Positions 61,761-64,000 of a stretch of 64,000 nt of DNA are shown piece after piece; within the stretch, counting starts at the first letter, position 1; each line of letters begins with the position of its first letter. Below the pieces are notes generated by a model. The model had not been told where the DNA came from. It made no database searches and was given only the letters and a program-made list of their open reading frames with translations. The translations under genes and the position numbers were made by a program. The stretch is from positions 192,001 to 256,000 of the forward strand of contig CAWKAR010000027.1 in the NCBI GenBank assembly GCA_963847625.1. The letters are read 5' to 3'. The DNA is from a candidate division FCPU426 bacterium (GTDB taxonomy: Bacteria; Oederibacteriota; Muellerivitia; Muellerivitales; Muellerivitaceae).

Positions 61761-62343
61761 TATCCGACAGGGGCCCCGCCTTTCCGACAGGGCGTCCGTC
61801 AGGCAGCTTTGGTAGACAAGCCGCCTGCCCCACGAAGCTTCAGCATAGTGGGGGGTTCCAGGGGCCTGGGACGGCAATCCTAAATTCTCAATGTTAAATG
61901 TTGAATTATCGAGGATTTCCGAAATGCGGAAATCTAACCTAAATTTATAATTTAAAACTCAACATTCAAAATTGGCTTTTAATGAGTTCCCGGGTTCCCG
62001 GCTAGCCAATAAATTGGGTTTTGGCTGGGTCTCTGGGCCCCTTCGGGAACCTCAGGGCAGGTCACTGTGGTGAAAAGTGGTTTTTCGACGGCCTTTAAAA
62101 CCCGATTTTCCAAAGAATTCCCGCCTTTTATTCCAGAACGGTAAAATATTGGTACTTCCAAGACGATTGTGAGGATGAGCTTGCCCTGACATGTCTCCCG
62201 GAGTTGCTTGCCCCTCGACATGTGTCTCGAAGCTTGAGCGTAGGGACAAGCCCGAAGGGGGTAGTGGGATAACGAAAGGAGAGTGAAATGAAGGAAGTCC
62301 AACTCAGGGACCTAGGGTGTACAAAGAAATTAGAGTCAAAAAA

Positions 62344-62892
62344 ATGACAAGTAAAATATCCCAAAACCAAAACAAGCTTAAAAAATATTTATTCGAAACG
62401 ACCGCCAATTTTCCAACTATTTGGCTTTCAAAAGGCAAGGAATTAAAAAAAGGCGCCGATGTACTATTGGCATCGGATGCCAATCATTTATATTTGTTTT
62501 TAATCGCTTTTTCTTTTGAAAATCTTTTAAAAGGGATTTTGATATGTGGTGGATTAAATAGAAAAATCAAATTATTAACTCTTAGGAAATGGGAGGGTTT
62601 AGGCCACGACTTATTACATCTTTCAAAGAAAAGTAATATTTCTATAAGTAATCATGAAGAGAAAATCTTAAAGCGGTTAACGAATTATTCAATGTGGGGA
62701 GGGCGTTATCCTATACCAGTTGATCCCGAATATTACCCAGAAATAATAGAGTTCCCCAAAGGATCACCTATGCCAAATATTTACTTCGAAAGCAGCGATC
62801 CCCAAACTATTAATAAGTTATATGAACGTTTTGAAAAAAATCTTCAATTGAAAATAAGATATTTAGGAAAAAATACTAATAAATACTCCTAA
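62344..62892 (+). CDS. AT-rich hypothetical protein, HEPN-like
   Basis: ENLLKG...GHDLLHL...GRYP pattern. Confidence 0.55.
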   Translation: MTSKISQNQNKLKKYLFETTANFPTIWLSKGKELKKGADVLLASDANHLYLFLIAFSFENLLKGILICGGLNRKIKLLTLRKWEGLGHDLLHLSKKSNISISNHEEKILKRLTNYSMWGGRYPIPVDPEYYPEIIEFPKGSPMPNIYFESSDPQTINKLYERFEKNLQLKIRYLGKNTNKYS

Positions 62893-63052
62893 ATGCGTGT
62901 AACGCTTAAATGATGAGAATGGATTGTCCGCGACAGGGAAGCATTTATAACGATTCGCAAAATCGTCCGTGATGGGGTCATTTCTGACTATTTGCGAACC
63001 ACTTCAAAACGAACAGTTCGCAAATCGCAAGGAATCGGGAGGTTACGAGACT

Positions 63053-63823
63053 ATGAAAAAAATCATGATTTTTATTTCACTTTATACTTTTAGTTTTTTT
63101 CCCTGGGGTGAACAATCATTTGCGCATGTAGATTCCCAGCTTTCACGCCAAAAAACAATCAACATCAAAGATTACTTTATTGCGAATCAATATCCCCTTA
63201 ATCCAGCGATAGAAGGGATAGAGGGCAAAATCGAGCTTTTGCAAGATAAAGCCTTCAAAAACTGGAAAAACCCAGGCAGTCGTAAGGAGGGTAATTTCCA
63301 AATGGGTGAGAACTACGCGAAAAATTTTGAGCCTGCGCTTTTACGGTTGCGGAATAAAGAAGGTCGAATCGTGGAAACGATAAATTTAAAGAGCGTTTGG
63401 TATGATCCCATTTGGATCAACCTTGGGAAAGAGGACCTTTACGGAACTGGACGTACCTCCTATTTTGTCCAACAAGATAATGAAATTGGATCTGGCATAG
63501 CTCAAGGCACCTATTGCCGTTATTTTGACGTGGTAAAAGGACATATTGTCTGGTTGAAGTCAAAAGACAGAAAAACTGGCAGGATTCATTCTATCGATCT
63601 TAATTTAAATATGCTCTGTGTTTGGAAATCTGTTCCTTCGCCCAATGGTAAAGGAAAGGTTATTCTTCAGAGGTTCGCGGAATATTCCCGGAAAAATCGC
63701 CATGGTATTACCCACTATGAGCGCTATGAGTTTAATGGGCATGAATGGATTAAATACGAGAAAATCGTGCATGAGGCTGTTGATTCCGAAACCGAACTTT
63801 CCGGTATCGAGGCTTTTCATTAA
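63053..63823 (+). CDS. secreted hypothetical protein (AT-rich)
   Basis: GGAGG RBS; MKKIMIFISLYTFSFF...SFA signal peptide. Confidence 0.65.
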   Translation: MKKIMIFISLYTFSFFPWGEQSFAHVDSQLSRQKTINIKDYFIANQYPLNPAIEGIEGKIELLQDKAFKNWKNPGSRKEGNFQMGENYAKNFEPALLRLRNKEGRIVETINLKSVWYDPIWINLGKEDLYGTGRTSYFVQQDNEIGSGIAQGTYCRYFDVVKGHIVWLKSKDRKTGRIHSIDLNLNMLCVWKSVPSPNGKGKVILQRFAEYSRKNRHGITHYERYEFNGHEWIKYEKIVHEAVDSETELSGIEAFH

Positions 63824-63911
63824 TTTATTTTAAGAATTATCACAAATTTAGTGGTTCGCAAATCACTGAATCCGGGGAGCCGGTTTAATGCCCGTTAGAG
63901 AGGTTAGCTTC

Positions 63912-64000
63912 ATGAATAAGTTTTTAATATCGCGGCTGGGAATTCAGGGTTGGATATGGATGATTTTGGCGGTTGCCTTCTTTTTCCCCATCCAAGGTTG
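63912..64000 (+). CDS. partial exported protein (runs off the window)
   Basis: GAGAGG RBS; MNKFLISRLGIQGWIWMILAVAFFFPIQG. Confidence 0.45.
   Translation, partial: MNKFLISRLGIQGWIWMILAVAFFFPIQG

Noticed and set aside
60732..61877. ORFs with MPTG, PTGR or ANPLNG peptide repeats
   Set aside because: Translation by-products of the DNA repeats; mixed 21/22-bp steps break the frame and there is no RBS. The 42-bp block is frame-preserving, so coding cannot be fully excluded there
62344..64000. Integron cassette array
   Set aside because: The genes are AT-rich and co-oriented, but no convincing attC structure or integrase was found

Overview
A 64 kb chromosomal window from a diderm bacterium (TonB system present). 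Core genes are GC-rich and intergenic and accessory patches are AT-rich. Most of it is a co-oriented housekeeping tract: argJ, thiL-tsaE-tsaB-rimI, a complete F1Fo ATP synthase operon, acpS, nnr, a glycosylation/B12 radical-SAM cluster, parAB, polA, exbBD-tonB with a TonB-dependent receptor, an M23 peptidase-bactofilin pair, a cysteine desulfurase, mnmA, rlmI and sugar-modification genes. Three IS elements are present (IS1380 partial, IS30, IS630). Intergenic regions carry MITE/REP-like palindromic elements, several nested inside each other. The most unusual part is 58-62 kb. There a large surface lipoprotein gene (FN3-like plus two CBM11/CIA30-like domains), frameshifted at a C8 tract, is flanked by non-coding arrays of ~11-12 bp conserved cores and variable spacers. 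Downstream, 35 units with changing core sequence stay on one continuous ~21.5-bp lattice, some with compensatory palindromic changes, and a HEPN-like ORF follows. All protein calls come from recognising motifs by eye; no database searches were run.
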